From Phycisphaera mikurensis NBRC 102666 (GTDB lineage Bacteria > Planctomycetota > Phycisphaerae > Phycisphaerales > Phycisphaeraceae): a stretch of DNA of 32,000 bases. Position numbers and translations under genes: made by a program. Positions 18,161 through 26,010 of the stretch are shown here, in pieces (within the stretch, counting starts at the first letter, position 1; the number at the start of each line of letters is the position of its first letter). Location: contig NC_017080.1 of assembly GCF_000284115.1 (NCBI RefSeq), positions 1,980,001-2,012,000 of the forward strand, in the 5' to 3' direction. Below the pieces are notes generated by a model that was not told where the DNA came from, did no database searches, and saw only the letters and a program-made list of their open reading frames with translations.

Positions 18161-18182
18161 CCGGACCGCTGCTCCGGTCCGG
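18161..18182. repeat. Palindromic element CCGGACCG-CTGCTC-CGGTCCGG
   Basis: Embedded in GGGCGCAGACCCCGCGAAAGCCGGACCGCTGC, whose relative GGGCGCAGCCTACGCGGAAGCCGGACCGCTGC is the reverse complement of about 6418-6449. Confidence 0.8.
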
Positions 18183-18247
18183 GCGTCGGCGCAGCCGCGC
18201 GCGGCACATCCGCGGCTCCTCCCCCCGTAACCGCTTCCCCGCTCGGC

Positions 18248-18268
18248 CCGGATCGCGCAGCGATCCGG
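18248..18268. repeat. Palindromic element CCGGATCGC-GCA-GCGATCCGG
   Basis: Reverse complement of this site and flanks matches 6273-6312 (GACGCGAARGCCGGATCGCTGCGCGATCCGGGCCGAGC). Confidence 0.85.
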
Positions 18269-18391
18269 CCTTCGCGTCGATTCCCTCGACCCTGCTGGTC
18301 CGCGGGACCGGCTCTCTGTGGTGGCCAAGCCTCGGCGACCCCGGCGACCCTTGCTGCGGTGTCTATGCCCCTGCTCCCCTTACACTGCTCC

Positions 18392-19690
18392 ATGATCGCC
18401 GACCTGCTGAGGGCTGAGAAGCTGGTCCGGCAAGCGGTGCTCGATCAAGTCACCTCTGAATCTGTATTCATCCGACTGCTCCAACGGGCCGCACCGGACG
18501 TTCCTCGCGAGGTCATCGAGGCGGCTGTGCCTCTCCTGCTCGCTGGTCAGCAGGTGCATGTGGACGACGAGCACGACCAGCTGATCACAGCCATCCAGGT
18601 ACTTACAGAGGAGAGACTGGCGCGCGCTCTTGATCGCGCAGTTTCCCGCAGCCAGCGGCGGGCGACGCGAGCGTTGCACGAGCACTTTGAGGCGGAGATG
18701 CTTCCCGCATGGCTCTCATCGTTCGACGCGGACAGAGTCAGATCCCGAAGAAGATTGGAGAAGGCGAGGAGACAGCATCGGAAGATCGTCATGACCTTCT
18801 GGAGCGATCCTCTAGACCGCTTCGACCTCCTTGTCGAACTCTTCCGATCCATTCCCTCCTTCATGGAGGCAGAAGACGCGCACGATCCGGATTCTGCTCC
18901 TGTAGACGATGCAAGGGATCCGAAGGCTACTGCGATTGCACAGATTCATGCCCGCGGGACACGTGTCGTCGGTGAGATCGCGCTGCTCCTCCGCGGCGGG
19001 TTTGCGGACGGCGCATTCGCTCGATGGCGGGCGTTCCACGAACTCGCGGTCATCGCGACCTTCCTGAGCGCTGGAGATGCGGACCTTTCAGAAGCCTACC
19101 TCGATCACCGTGTCGTTGGCCACAATCGAAAAGCGCGATCGCTCGCCGAGCACGGAGAGCAGATGGGGGAGGAGCCGCTCGACGCCGAGCATTTCGAGCA
19201 AGTAGAAGCCGCTTACGTGGCAGCGGTCGAGCGGTACGGCAAGCCCTTCAAACAGCAGTATGGTTGGGCCAACGCTCATCTCAAGACTGAGAAGCGGGTG
19301 ACATTCGAGCAAATTGAGAAAGCCGCCGGCCTGACGCCTTGGAGACTTTGGACCAACGCGGCTAGCGACTCGGTGCATGCAGGCAGCGAAGGTTGTTTCT
19401 ACAGCTTCGGCGGACACGAGCCGGGCGAGGTTCCTGAAACCGAAGCGATCGATGGACTCAATGTCGCAGGCTGCAAAGCCTGCGAGTCAATTCGTATCTT
19501 TGGTGCTGCGACCCTCACCAGCCGCACCGCCTTCCCTCGTTTCGCCGTGTACCGCATCCTTGCGGCCGTGGCGGCCGACTGCCATAATGCCTTCGAAGTG
19601 GCGGCGGAAACGCTCGCCGAGCATTGGGTGTCGCCGGAGGAGCTGCCAGCCGAACTCGCAGCCGAGCTGCGGCGAATGAGCGGCGACTGA
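18392..19690 (+). CDS. DUF5677-type protein
   Basis: 432 aa; ARGTRVVGEIALLLRGGFADGAFARWRAFHELAVIATFL...YLDHRVV; start may be ATG 18392 or 18365. Confidence 0.75.
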   Translation: MIADLLRAEKLVRQAVLDQVTSESVFIRLLQRAAPDVPREVIEAAVPLLLAGQQVHVDDEHDQLITAIQVLTEERLARALDRAVSRSQRRATRALHEHFEAEMLPAWLSSFDADRVRSRRRLEKARRQHRKIVMTFWSDPLDRFDLLVELFRSIPSFMEAEDAHDPDSAPVDDARDPKATAIAQIHARGTRVVGEIALLLRGGFADGAFARWRAFHELAVIATFLSAGDADLSEAYLDHRVVGHNRKARSLAEHGEQMGEEPLDAEHFEQVEAAYVAAVERYGKPFKQQYGWANAHLKTEKRVTFEQIEKAAGLTPWRLWTNAASDSVHAGSEGCFYSFGGHEPGEVPETEAIDGLNVAGCKACESIRIFGAATLTSRTAFPRFAVYRILAAVAADCHNAFEVAAETLAEHWVSPEELPAELAAELRRMSGD

Positions 19691-19714
19691 CCCGGGGCCT
19701 GGGGCCCGGGAAAG

Positions 19715-19762
19715 GGCCCGCGAAAGTGTCGGCCCGCGAAAGTGTCGGCCCGCGAAAGTGTC
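19715..19762. repeat. 16-bp tandem repeat GGCCCGCGAAAGTGTC x3, with a fourth copy at 19976-19991
   Basis: 19715-19730, 19731-19746, 19747-19762 identical; 19976-19991 identical. Confidence 0.93.
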
Positions 19763-19770
19763 AGGAACAT

Positions 19771-19974
19771 TCATGCTGCTTCCTCCGCCTCCCAATCCTC
19801 CACCGCCAGTCCGGGCACGAGGTCGAAGTGCTTGCGGTTGTGGGTGACGACGGTGCAGCCGTGAACCAAGGCGGTGGCCGCGATCGCTGCGTCGAAGGGG
19901 CCGATGGGGGTGCCGGCGCGGCGGAGAGGGGCGTTGACACGCGCCCACTGCTCAGCCACGGGTCCGTCGAAGGG
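19771..19974 (-). pseudogene. Duplicated 3' fragment of the adjacent vapC-like toxin gene
   Basis: AEQWARVNAPLRRAGTPIGPFDAAIAATALVHGCTVVTHNRKHFDLVPGLAVEDWEAEEAA*, the same as the C-terminus of the gene ending at 20000 except one residue; offset 229 bp. Confidence 0.85.
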
Positions 19975-19999
19975 GGGCCCGCGAAAGTGTCAGGAACAT

Positions 20000-20416
20000 T
20001 CATGCTGCTTCCTCCGCCTCCCAGTCCTCCACCGCCAGCCCGGGCACGAGGTCGAAGTGCTTCCAGTTGTGGGTGACGACGGTGCAGCCGTGGACCAAGG
20101 CGGTGGCCGCAATCGCTGCGTCGAAGGGGCCGATGGGGGTGCCGGCGCGGCGGAGAGGGGCGTTGACACGCGCCCACTGCTCAGCCACGGGTTCGTCGAA
20201 GGGGTGGCTGGGGTACAGGGCAAAGAGCGACCGCATCCGTTCAAGGTCCCGCTCCGGGTCCTTGGCGAGCCGTGCTCCCTGCAGCAGCTCCGCCTTCACG
20301 ATCTCAGACAAGACGATGCCGTCAGCGACGTAAGCGGCGGAGAGACGGGAAGCAAGCGCGCTGCGGGGGTGTCTGAAGCTGTAGATCTAGGCGTTGCTGT
20401 CGAGCAGGTAGGTCAA
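20000..20416 (-). pseudogene. vapC: PIN-domain VapC-like toxin interrupted by an early in-frame TAG
   Basis: Minus strand from TTG 20416 reads TTG ACC TAC CTG CTC GAC AGC AAC GCC TAG ATC TAC AGC TTC..., i.e. LTYLLDSNA*IYSFRHPRSALASRLSAAYVADGIVLSEIVKAELLQGARLA...GPFDAAIAATALVHGCTVVTHNWKHFDLVPGL. Confidence 0.85.
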
Positions 20417-20691
20417 TCGACCTCTCCGTGTGCACGCCGGGGCGAGTCCGGAACGTCGTCGTTCGGAGGCAGCACGATGTCGCCGAGAGACGTCAGCGAC
20501 TCGAGGTAGCGGAGGAAGGCCTCCGGCCCGTCGCTGGGTTTGGGCAGCGGCGGGTCCTGCTCATCCGGCCCCGGAAGCTCGACGTGGATGTCGAAGGTGG
20601 TGCCATCGGTGGCGGTGTCGGCCAGCTCGGGGGGGAGGGGGGTGACGAGGCGGCCGTTCTCGACGGAGGCTCTGAGGTGGAGGGTGCTCAT
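20413..20691 (-). CDS. Putative antitoxin partner of the PIN-domain gene
   Basis: 92 aa MSTLHLRASVENGRLVTPLPPELADTATDGTTFDIHV...; its TGA (20413-20415) overlaps the inferred toxin start TTG (20414-20416). Confidence 0.65.
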   Translation of the reverse strand: MSTLHLRASVENGRLVTPLPPELADTATDGTTFDIHVELPGPDEQDPPLPKPSDGPEAFLRYLESLTSLGDIVLPPNDDVPDSPRRAHGEVD

Positions 20692-20792
20692 GGGGTGGAT
20701 CCGGCGCGCGGGCCAAGCATCATCGTACGGGTGGGGTTCGGGATCCGCGGACCGTGGAGGTCGTGGACGCGAAACGGTGACGGTCCGCGGGT

Positions 20793-20854
20793 TCAGGCGG
20801 CGGAGGCGGCGATCTCGGTGCGGGTGGCGAGGCCGAGGGAGGTGCGGGTCTCGG
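20793..20854 (-). other. Possible short relic of a Type IIG methyltransferase 3' end
   Basis: ETRTSLGLATRTEIAASAA* versus ETLTSLGLATKGDADLSGQVKFAA* of the gene ending at 12712; GGTGGC(C/G)AGGCCGAGGGAGGTG(A/C)GGGT shared. Confidence 0.45.
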
Positions 20855-21131
20855 CGCCGGGGCCTTCGGTCGCGCCTGAAAGCGACCGGGCATCGCTCGG
20901 CGTGAGCGGCGGCCGGCCGCGTCGGCCTGCTTCGGCGGGCCACAGCCCGCTTCCATCGGTCTCCTTGCCAGCCGCCACGCACGCTCTCGCTTCGGCCTCA
21001 GGCGCTCTCAGGCGCGACCTGACACCGCCACCGGAGCTGCGACGCGACGCGGCCGCTCCGCGGCCCCACGCTGCCGGCGGCAGCGAGCCTCGGGCGGCGG
21101 CTCCGCCGCCCGCGCTCCAATCTCGAGAAGT

Positions 21132-21869
21132 TCAGCTCGGCTTCTGCCCCACGAACATCGACCAGGGGCCGTCGCTTTCGACGGGCTCGGCGTGCAGGCC
21201 GGCGGAGCGGAGGGCGTGCAGCCAGGTGGCGGCGGGGAAGAGGCCGAGCTCGTGGGCGTCGTCGATCGACCGCGTGCCGCCGGCGCCGCGGACGGTGAGG
21301 GAGATCGTCATGCGGACGCGGCGGTCCGCGGTGCGATTGACGCGGGTGGTGTAGGCGGTGCCGTCGTCCGTTTTGTCCCCGGCTTCGCCGGGCTCGAAGG
21401 TTTCGGCGGTGTGGGTGGGAGCGAAGAGGGCGACGCCGCCGGAGCGGAGGAGGGCGGCGGCGGAGCGGGCGGTGGCGAGGAGGTCGGCTTCGGTAAGCAG
21501 GTAGTCGGCGGCGTCGTGGGCGAGGACGGCGTCGAAGGTGCCGGCGTCGGGGAGGCGAACGGTCCGCATGTCGGCGGCGACGGTGCGTAGTCCGGGGGGG
21601 CCGGGGGCGTGGGAGGCGGCGACGGCAAGCATCTCGGGGGAGAGGTCGACGGCGGTGACGTCGTGGCGGCCGCCGCGGGTGCCGCCGGCCGACAGGTGGG
21701 CGAGGGTGCAGCCGCCGCCGGCGCCGAACTCGACAAGCTTCAGGTGGTCGTGACCGAGCCGCTCCGCGAGCAGCCGCTCCAGCTCGGCAGCCTCGGCGGC
21801 GTAATCCTCGGGCGGGGAGAGCGCGGGCCAGAGGTGCGCGAGGTCGGCGTAGAGGCGGGGGGTGGTCAC
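21132..21869 (-). CDS. Class I SAM-dependent methyltransferase
   Basis: LVEFGAGGGCTLAHLS, VTAVDLSPEMLAVA, FDAVLAHDAADYLLTEADLLATARSAAALLRSGGVALFAPTHT; GTG start overlaps the upstream stop by 4 bp (GTGA). Confidence 0.85.
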   Translation of the reverse strand: MTTPRLYADLAHLWPALSPPEDYAAEAAELERLLAERLGHDHLKLVEFGAGGGCTLAHLSAGGTRGGRHDVTAVDLSPEMLAVAASHAPGPPGLRTVAADMRTVRLPDAGTFDAVLAHDAADYLLTEADLLATARSAAALLRSGGVALFAPTHTAETFEPGEAGDKTDDGTAYTTRVNRTADRRVRMTISLTVRGAGGTRSIDDAHELGLFPAATWLHALRSAGLHAEPVESDGPWSMFVGQKPS

Positions 21870-22438
21870 TCGGCGTAGAGCTCGGCCAGCGGGAGCTCCA
21901 GCGGGAGGCAGCGGATCGTCGCGACGGCGTCGAGGCCGCGGGAGAAGGCGAGGTTCCAGGTGCCGTCGTCCTGGCGGAGGAAGCTCTGGACGTCGGGCTC
22001 GTGCCGGCTGACGAGGATGTACTCCTCGAAGGTCGGGATCTGGCGGTAGAGGTCGAACTTCTCGCCGCGGTCGTGGGCCTCGGTGCTGTCGCTGAGGACC
22101 TCGATCACCACCCGGGCGTTGGTCACGGCGCGTCCGTCCGCGTCGCCGCCCGCGAATTGCAAGGGGCCGCAGACGACCGTGTTGTCGGGGTGGACGTAGC
22201 GGTCGGCCGCCTCGATGGCGAGGTGCAACTCGCTCGTGAACGCGGAGCAGGGGGTGCCCCGGAGGCCGGCAAAGAGGAGGCCCTGGAGCCGGCTGGCCAA
22301 CCGGGCGTGCCTCGCCGTGCCGCCGCTCATCGCCACGACTTCGCCGGCGCGAAACTCGTATCGGCCCTCCTGCTTTTCCGCGAAGGCGAAGAACTCGGCG
22401 GGGGTCATCCGCGGGAGGTCGGTGCGCTGCGCTTCCAT
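21866..22438 (-). CDS. Uma2-family (DUF820) putative endonuclease
   Basis: 190 aa; MTPAEFFAFAEKQEGRYEFRAGEVVAMSGGTARHARLASRL...RYVHPDNTVVCGPLQF...NARVVIEVLSDSTEAHDRGEKFDLYRQIPTFEEYILVS. Confidence 0.88.
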   Translation of the reverse strand: MEAQRTDLPRMTPAEFFAFAEKQEGRYEFRAGEVVAMSGGTARHARLASRLQGLLFAGLRGTPCSAFTSELHLAIEAADRYVHPDNTVVCGPLQFAGGDADGRAVTNARVVIEVLSDSTEAHDRGEKFDLYRQIPTFEEYILVSRHEPDVQSFLRQDDGTWNLAFSRGLDAVATIRCLPLELPLAELYAE

Positions 22439-22447
22439 GGGTGGACC

Positions 22448-23746
22448 CTAATCGGCTTGCACCTCCACCCGGTGGGTGTGCGCTCGCCCGGGTGCGTCGC
22501 CGGGCAGGGGCTCCTGGCGGAGCGTGGCGGACCGGCCGTCTGCGGAGACCGCGTAGCCGGGCGGCCCGCCGGTGAAGGGGTCGTCGGGCACGGGCGGGTC
22601 GACTTCGGCGAGCGTCTCGGGGAAGCGGCCGGCGCGGGCCGCGTGCTCCCGCAGCGCTTCGGCCCCCTGCAGGGCGGCCATCCGGCGGTCGAGGTCGGCC
22701 GCGGCGGCGAGGGCGGGCAGGGGCGAGGCGATTAACGGCAGAAGGAGCCGCTCGGGAAGGCCCGGCCCCGGCACGCGCGGCGGCTGCGCCCGCAGCACGT
22801 GGTACGGCACCAGCGTGTCCGCCCACGCCTCCCCGCGCAGCCGGTCCCACTCCGCCAGCACGCCCTCGATCAGCCGCCGCGCCCGCGGCTGGACGCCGGG
22901 CGGCGCGACCGCCTCGAAAGCCGGCCCGAACGCGGCGAGCGCCGCCTCCGCCGCGGGCGGCAGCGGCGGCAGCGGCTCGTCCGGCTTCTCGGGGTCCGGC
23001 TCGAAGCCGACCGCCAGCGCCAGCACCAACCGGTGAAGCAGCTCGTCCCAGTCGGCGTTCGCCAGCTCCCCGGGAGCGTCCACCGCGTCGCGGGCCTGCT
23101 GGATCAGCGGGTCGTTCAGCGCCGGGCGGGCCAGCTGCGTCCAGGCGGCGGGCAGCACGTCGATCCGCTGGTGCGTGAGGTCGGCGAGGGTGGCGTGGAG
23201 GTGGGGGAGGCCGGGCTCCTCCGCGAGGGCCTCCAGCGCCTGCACCACCCGCTGCTGCACGGCGAGGCCCACGAGCACGCGGGTGAGGCCTTGGGCCTCC
23301 CCCAGGCGGTGGCCCAGCCGCACCGCCGCCCGCAGCGGCGGCGTGGCGGCCGACCAGCCCGCTTCCCGCCCGCGGCGGACGCCCTCGGCGGCGAGCAGGC
23401 GGCCCAGCGTGCGCAGCGGCTCCAGGTCCGGGTCGGGTCGGTCCGCGAGCGGGTCCGCGGGGTGGGCGAAGCCGGTGAGCTCCAGCGCCTCCGCCGCCTC
23501 GTCCAGCGCCCGCGGACCCAGCGGCCCCTCCCCCTCGGGCCGCTCCACCCACGCGTCCACCGCGGCGCGATCCGCGGCCCGGACCCGCTCCAGGGTGGGG
23601 CCCAATGCCGCCGCCGCGTCGCCCTCCCGCAGCTCCCACGGCGGGGTGCGGAGGAGCAGTTCGGGCGGAGCGGCGGCGGCGGGGAGGGCGAGCAGGAGGC
23701 AGAGGAGCGCGAGCCGCACGGGGGAAGGTAGAGGGGAAGGGGGCAT
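22448..23746 (-). CDS. Secreted hypothetical protein
   Basis: 432 aa with N-terminal signal-like MPPSPLPSPVRLALLCLLLALPAAAAP; continuous coding on the minus strand. Confidence 0.7.
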   Translation of the reverse strand: MPPSPLPSPVRLALLCLLLALPAAAAPPELLLRTPPWELREGDAAAALGPTLERVRAADRAAVDAWVERPEGEGPLGPRALDEAAEALELTGFAHPADPLADRPDPDLEPLRTLGRLLAAEGVRRGREAGWSAATPPLRAAVRLGHRLGEAQGLTRVLVGLAVQQRVVQALEALAEEPGLPHLHATLADLTHQRIDVLPAAWTQLARPALNDPLIQQARDAVDAPGELANADWDELLHRLVLALAVGFEPDPEKPDEPLPPLPPAAEAALAAFGPAFEAVAPPGVQPRARRLIEGVLAEWDRLRGEAWADTLVPYHVLRAQPPRVPGPGLPERLLLPLIASPLPALAAAADLDRRMAALQGAEALREHAARAGRFPETLAEVDPPVPDDPFTGGPPGYAVSADGRSATLRQEPLPGDAPGRAHTHRVEVQAD

Positions 23747-23760
23747 CCGCTGCGTGGATC

Positions 23761-23796
23761 GAGAGACGGAGAGACGGAGAGACGGAGAGACGGAGG
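23761..23796. repeat. 8-bp tandem repeat (GAGAGACG x4 plus variant)
   Basis: Starts 15 bp upstream of the start codon of the gene at 22448-23746. Confidence 0.9.
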
Positions 23797-23863
23797 CGGG
23801 CAGTCGCGCCATCGCTCTGCTCGGCGGTCCGGTTTCTCTGGTCGGCGCAGCCGATGCCCCGCC

Positions 23864-23953
23864 CGTCTTCGTCTCTTCGTCTCTCACCCAGCCACGGCCC
23901 ATCCCGCAGCACCGACCTTCGCGGACGATGCAGCCGCAAGCGGGATCGCCCTC
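23864..23953. repeat. Dispersed intergenic repeat, copy 1
   Basis: CCGTCTTCGTCTCTTCGTCTCTCACCCAGC...CGCGGACGATGCAGCCGCA shared with about 25074-25163. Confidence 0.85.
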
Positions 23954-23998
23954 CCCCGCGTCGCTCCGTCTCTCGGTCGGCCCAGCCGACGCCCCCCC

Positions 23999-24862
23999 TC
24001 ACACGTCCTCGCGGATCCCGCTCTCCTGCCCGCCGCCGTCGACGTCGTGCTCGATCACGGCTTCCGCGACCGCGGCGGCTTGGTCGTTGATCTCGGTCGC
24101 GGCGTCGCGTGGGGCGTAGCCCAGCAGCTCGCGGGTCTCGGTGATGTCCAGGCGGTTGAAGCGGTTGTTGCCGTTGCCGTGGACGACGGCGAAGCGGAGG
24201 CGGCGGTCCTCGACGCACAGCGCGAGCAGCTCGCAGAGGTCGCGGTCGGAGACGAAGGAGTCCAGCAGCTTCAGCCCGCCGTCGCCCTCCGCCAACTCCC
24301 GCGGCTGGTAGGCGCAGATGCGGACGGCGATCACCGAGAGGCCCTCCTGCTCGGCCATGTAGCGGCCCATCGCCTCGTCGAAGCACTTGCTGACGCCGTA
24401 GAGGTCGCCGGGGTTCACCGGGTCGTCGGCCTGCACCTGCCGGCCGGCGGGGTAGCCGCTCACCGCGTGGATGCTGCTCGCCTGCACGACGCGCTGCATG
24501 CCCGCGCGCTTCGCCGCGACCATCAGGTTGTACGTGCCCTCGATGTTCACCCGCTCCAGCACCGGCCACGTGGCCGAGGGGCTCGGTTCGCCAGCGAGGT
24601 GCACGGCGGCGACGCAGCCGGCGCAGGCGGCGTCGAGCGTCTCGGGCTTGGTGAGGTCGGCCTCGACCACCTCGCCGAAGCGGGAAAGATCCCGCTCCGC
24701 CGCCTCGCTCTCGTGGAAGACCATCAGCCGCAGGTCGAAGCGGTCGCGGTGGAACGCGGCGAAGTCGCCGCCGATCGTGCCGCCCGCGCCGGTCACCAGC
24801 ACCCTGGGGCGGTCGGGCAGCGGGTCCAGGGGCTTGTCGAAGAGGGTGAAGGAGTCGGCCAT
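23999..24862 (-). CDS. NAD-dependent epimerase/dehydratase
   Basis: 287 aa; PRVLVTGAGGTIGGDFAAF, AAVHLAGEPSP, VVQASSIHAVSGY, DLYGVSKCFDEAMGRYMAEQ. Confidence 0.9.
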   Translation of the reverse strand: MADSFTLFDKPLDPLPDRPRVLVTGAGGTIGGDFAAFHRDRFDLRLMVFHESEAAERDLSRFGEVVEADLTKPETLDAACAGCVAAVHLAGEPSPSATWPVLERVNIEGTYNLMVAAKRAGMQRVVQASSIHAVSGYPAGRQVQADDPVNPGDLYGVSKCFDEAMGRYMAEQEGLSVIAVRICAYQPRELAEGDGGLKLLDSFVSDRDLCELLALCVEDRRLRFAVVHGNGNNRFNRLDITETRELLGYAPRDAATEINDQAAAVAEAVIEHDVDGGGQESGIREDV

Positions 24863-24892
24863 GCGGGACGGTAGAGGGCTCAGAGAGCAGGA

Positions 24893-25028
24893 GACGGAGA
24901 GACGGAGAGACGAAGAGACGGGGAGGCGGAGAGACGGAGAGACGGACAGACGGAGAGGCGGAGAGACGGGGAGGCGGGGGGATGGAGAGATGGAGAGATG
25001 GAGAGATGGAGAGATGGGGAGATGGGGA
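24893..25028. repeat. 8-bp tandem repeat, 17 units in perfect register
   Basis: GACGGAGA-type units 24893-24980 changing to GATGGAGA-type units 24981-25028. Confidence 0.95.
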
Positions 25029-25073
25029 GAGGCAGACGCGGCGGCTGCGCCGACCGCTTCTTTCTCTTGCTCG

Positions 25074-25163
25074 CCGTCTTCGTCTCTTCGTCTCTCACCC
25101 AGCACCCACCCGGCCCGCGGCCGCGGCCTCCGCGGACGATGCAGCCGCACGCCGCGGCACCCC
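25074..25163. repeat. Dispersed intergenic repeat, copy 2
   Basis: See 23864-23953; both copies lie next to an 8-bp array in the same arrangement. Confidence 0.85.
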
Positions 25164-25230
25164 GTCGCTGCGTCGCTTCGTCTCTAGAAGAAGAAGCCCG
25201 GCCGGAGGCCGATCCTCGTACCTTCCCCCC

Positions 25231-25950
25231 ATGTTCACCGGTCTCATCCAGCACGTCGGCCACGTCCGGTCCGCGGACCGCGACCCCGCGGGGCTCCGAC
25301 TCGTGGTGGTCCGCGGGGGGTGGACGCCCGCCGCCGATCCGGTCCGCGGCGACTCGGTGGCGGTGTCGGGCGTCTGCCTGACGGTGGAGGAGGCGACGCC
25401 GGAGACGCTGACGTTCCGCGTCATCGGCCAGACGCTCGCGGTGACGAAGCTGGGGAGGCTCGGACCCGGCGACCGGGTGAACCTGGAGTGTGCGGTCACC
25501 GCCAGCCAGCCGCTGGGCGGCCACTTCGTGCAGGGCCACGCCGATGGGCTCGGCGAGGTCGCGGCGATCCAGACGGACGCGGGCGATTGGCGCGTGCGGG
25601 TGGACGTGCCCGGCGGCTTCGCCCGGCACCTCGTCGACCGGGGCAGCGTCGCCGTCGATGGCGTCAGCCTCACGCTGGCGGAGGTGCACGACGGACCGGC
25701 TGGCTTTACCGTCTGCCTCATCCCCGAGACGCTGGAGATGACCACGCTCGGGAGCCTCGCCGTCGGCGACCCGGTCCATCTCGAGGCCGACGTGCTGGTG
25801 AAGGCGGTGAACGCCCGCGTCGAGGCGATGCTCGGTGGGCAGAAGCAGGAGCGGCCGGTGACCCGGGGGATGCTGCTGGATGCAGGGTTCGCGTCGTCCG
25901 CAGGTTCCCCGAGCGGAGCGATGAGCGGCGCGGGCCGAGATCGCGGATGA
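25231..25950 (+). CDS. ribE: Riboflavin synthase alpha subunit
   Basis: MFTGLIQHVGHV, GDSVAVSGVCLTVE, NLECAV, LGGHFVQGHADG, SVAVDGVSLTLAEV, FTVCLIPETLEMTTLG, NLE/HLEADVLVK. Confidence 0.93.
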   Translation: MFTGLIQHVGHVRSADRDPAGLRLVVVRGGWTPAADPVRGDSVAVSGVCLTVEEATPETLTFRVIGQTLAVTKLGRLGPGDRVNLECAVTASQPLGGHFVQGHADGLGEVAAIQTDAGDWRVRVDVPGGFARHLVDRGSVAVDGVSLTLAEVHDGPAGFTVCLIPETLEMTTLGSLAVGDPVHLEADVLVKAVNARVEAMLGGQKQERPVTRGMLLDAGFASSAGSPSGAMSGAGRDRG

Positions 25951-26010
25951 GCCCCCCCCCCCAGCGGCAACGCTCACGCTCGGGAAACATCTCGCCGTTA
26001 GCGTCCGGGC

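Noticed and set aside
21132-24569. Single 1145-aa minus-strand ORF
   Set aside because: Only the last ~245 codons (21132-21869) are a methyltransferase; upstream text is low-complexity out-of-frame reading of the Uma2, secreted-protein and epimerase genes.
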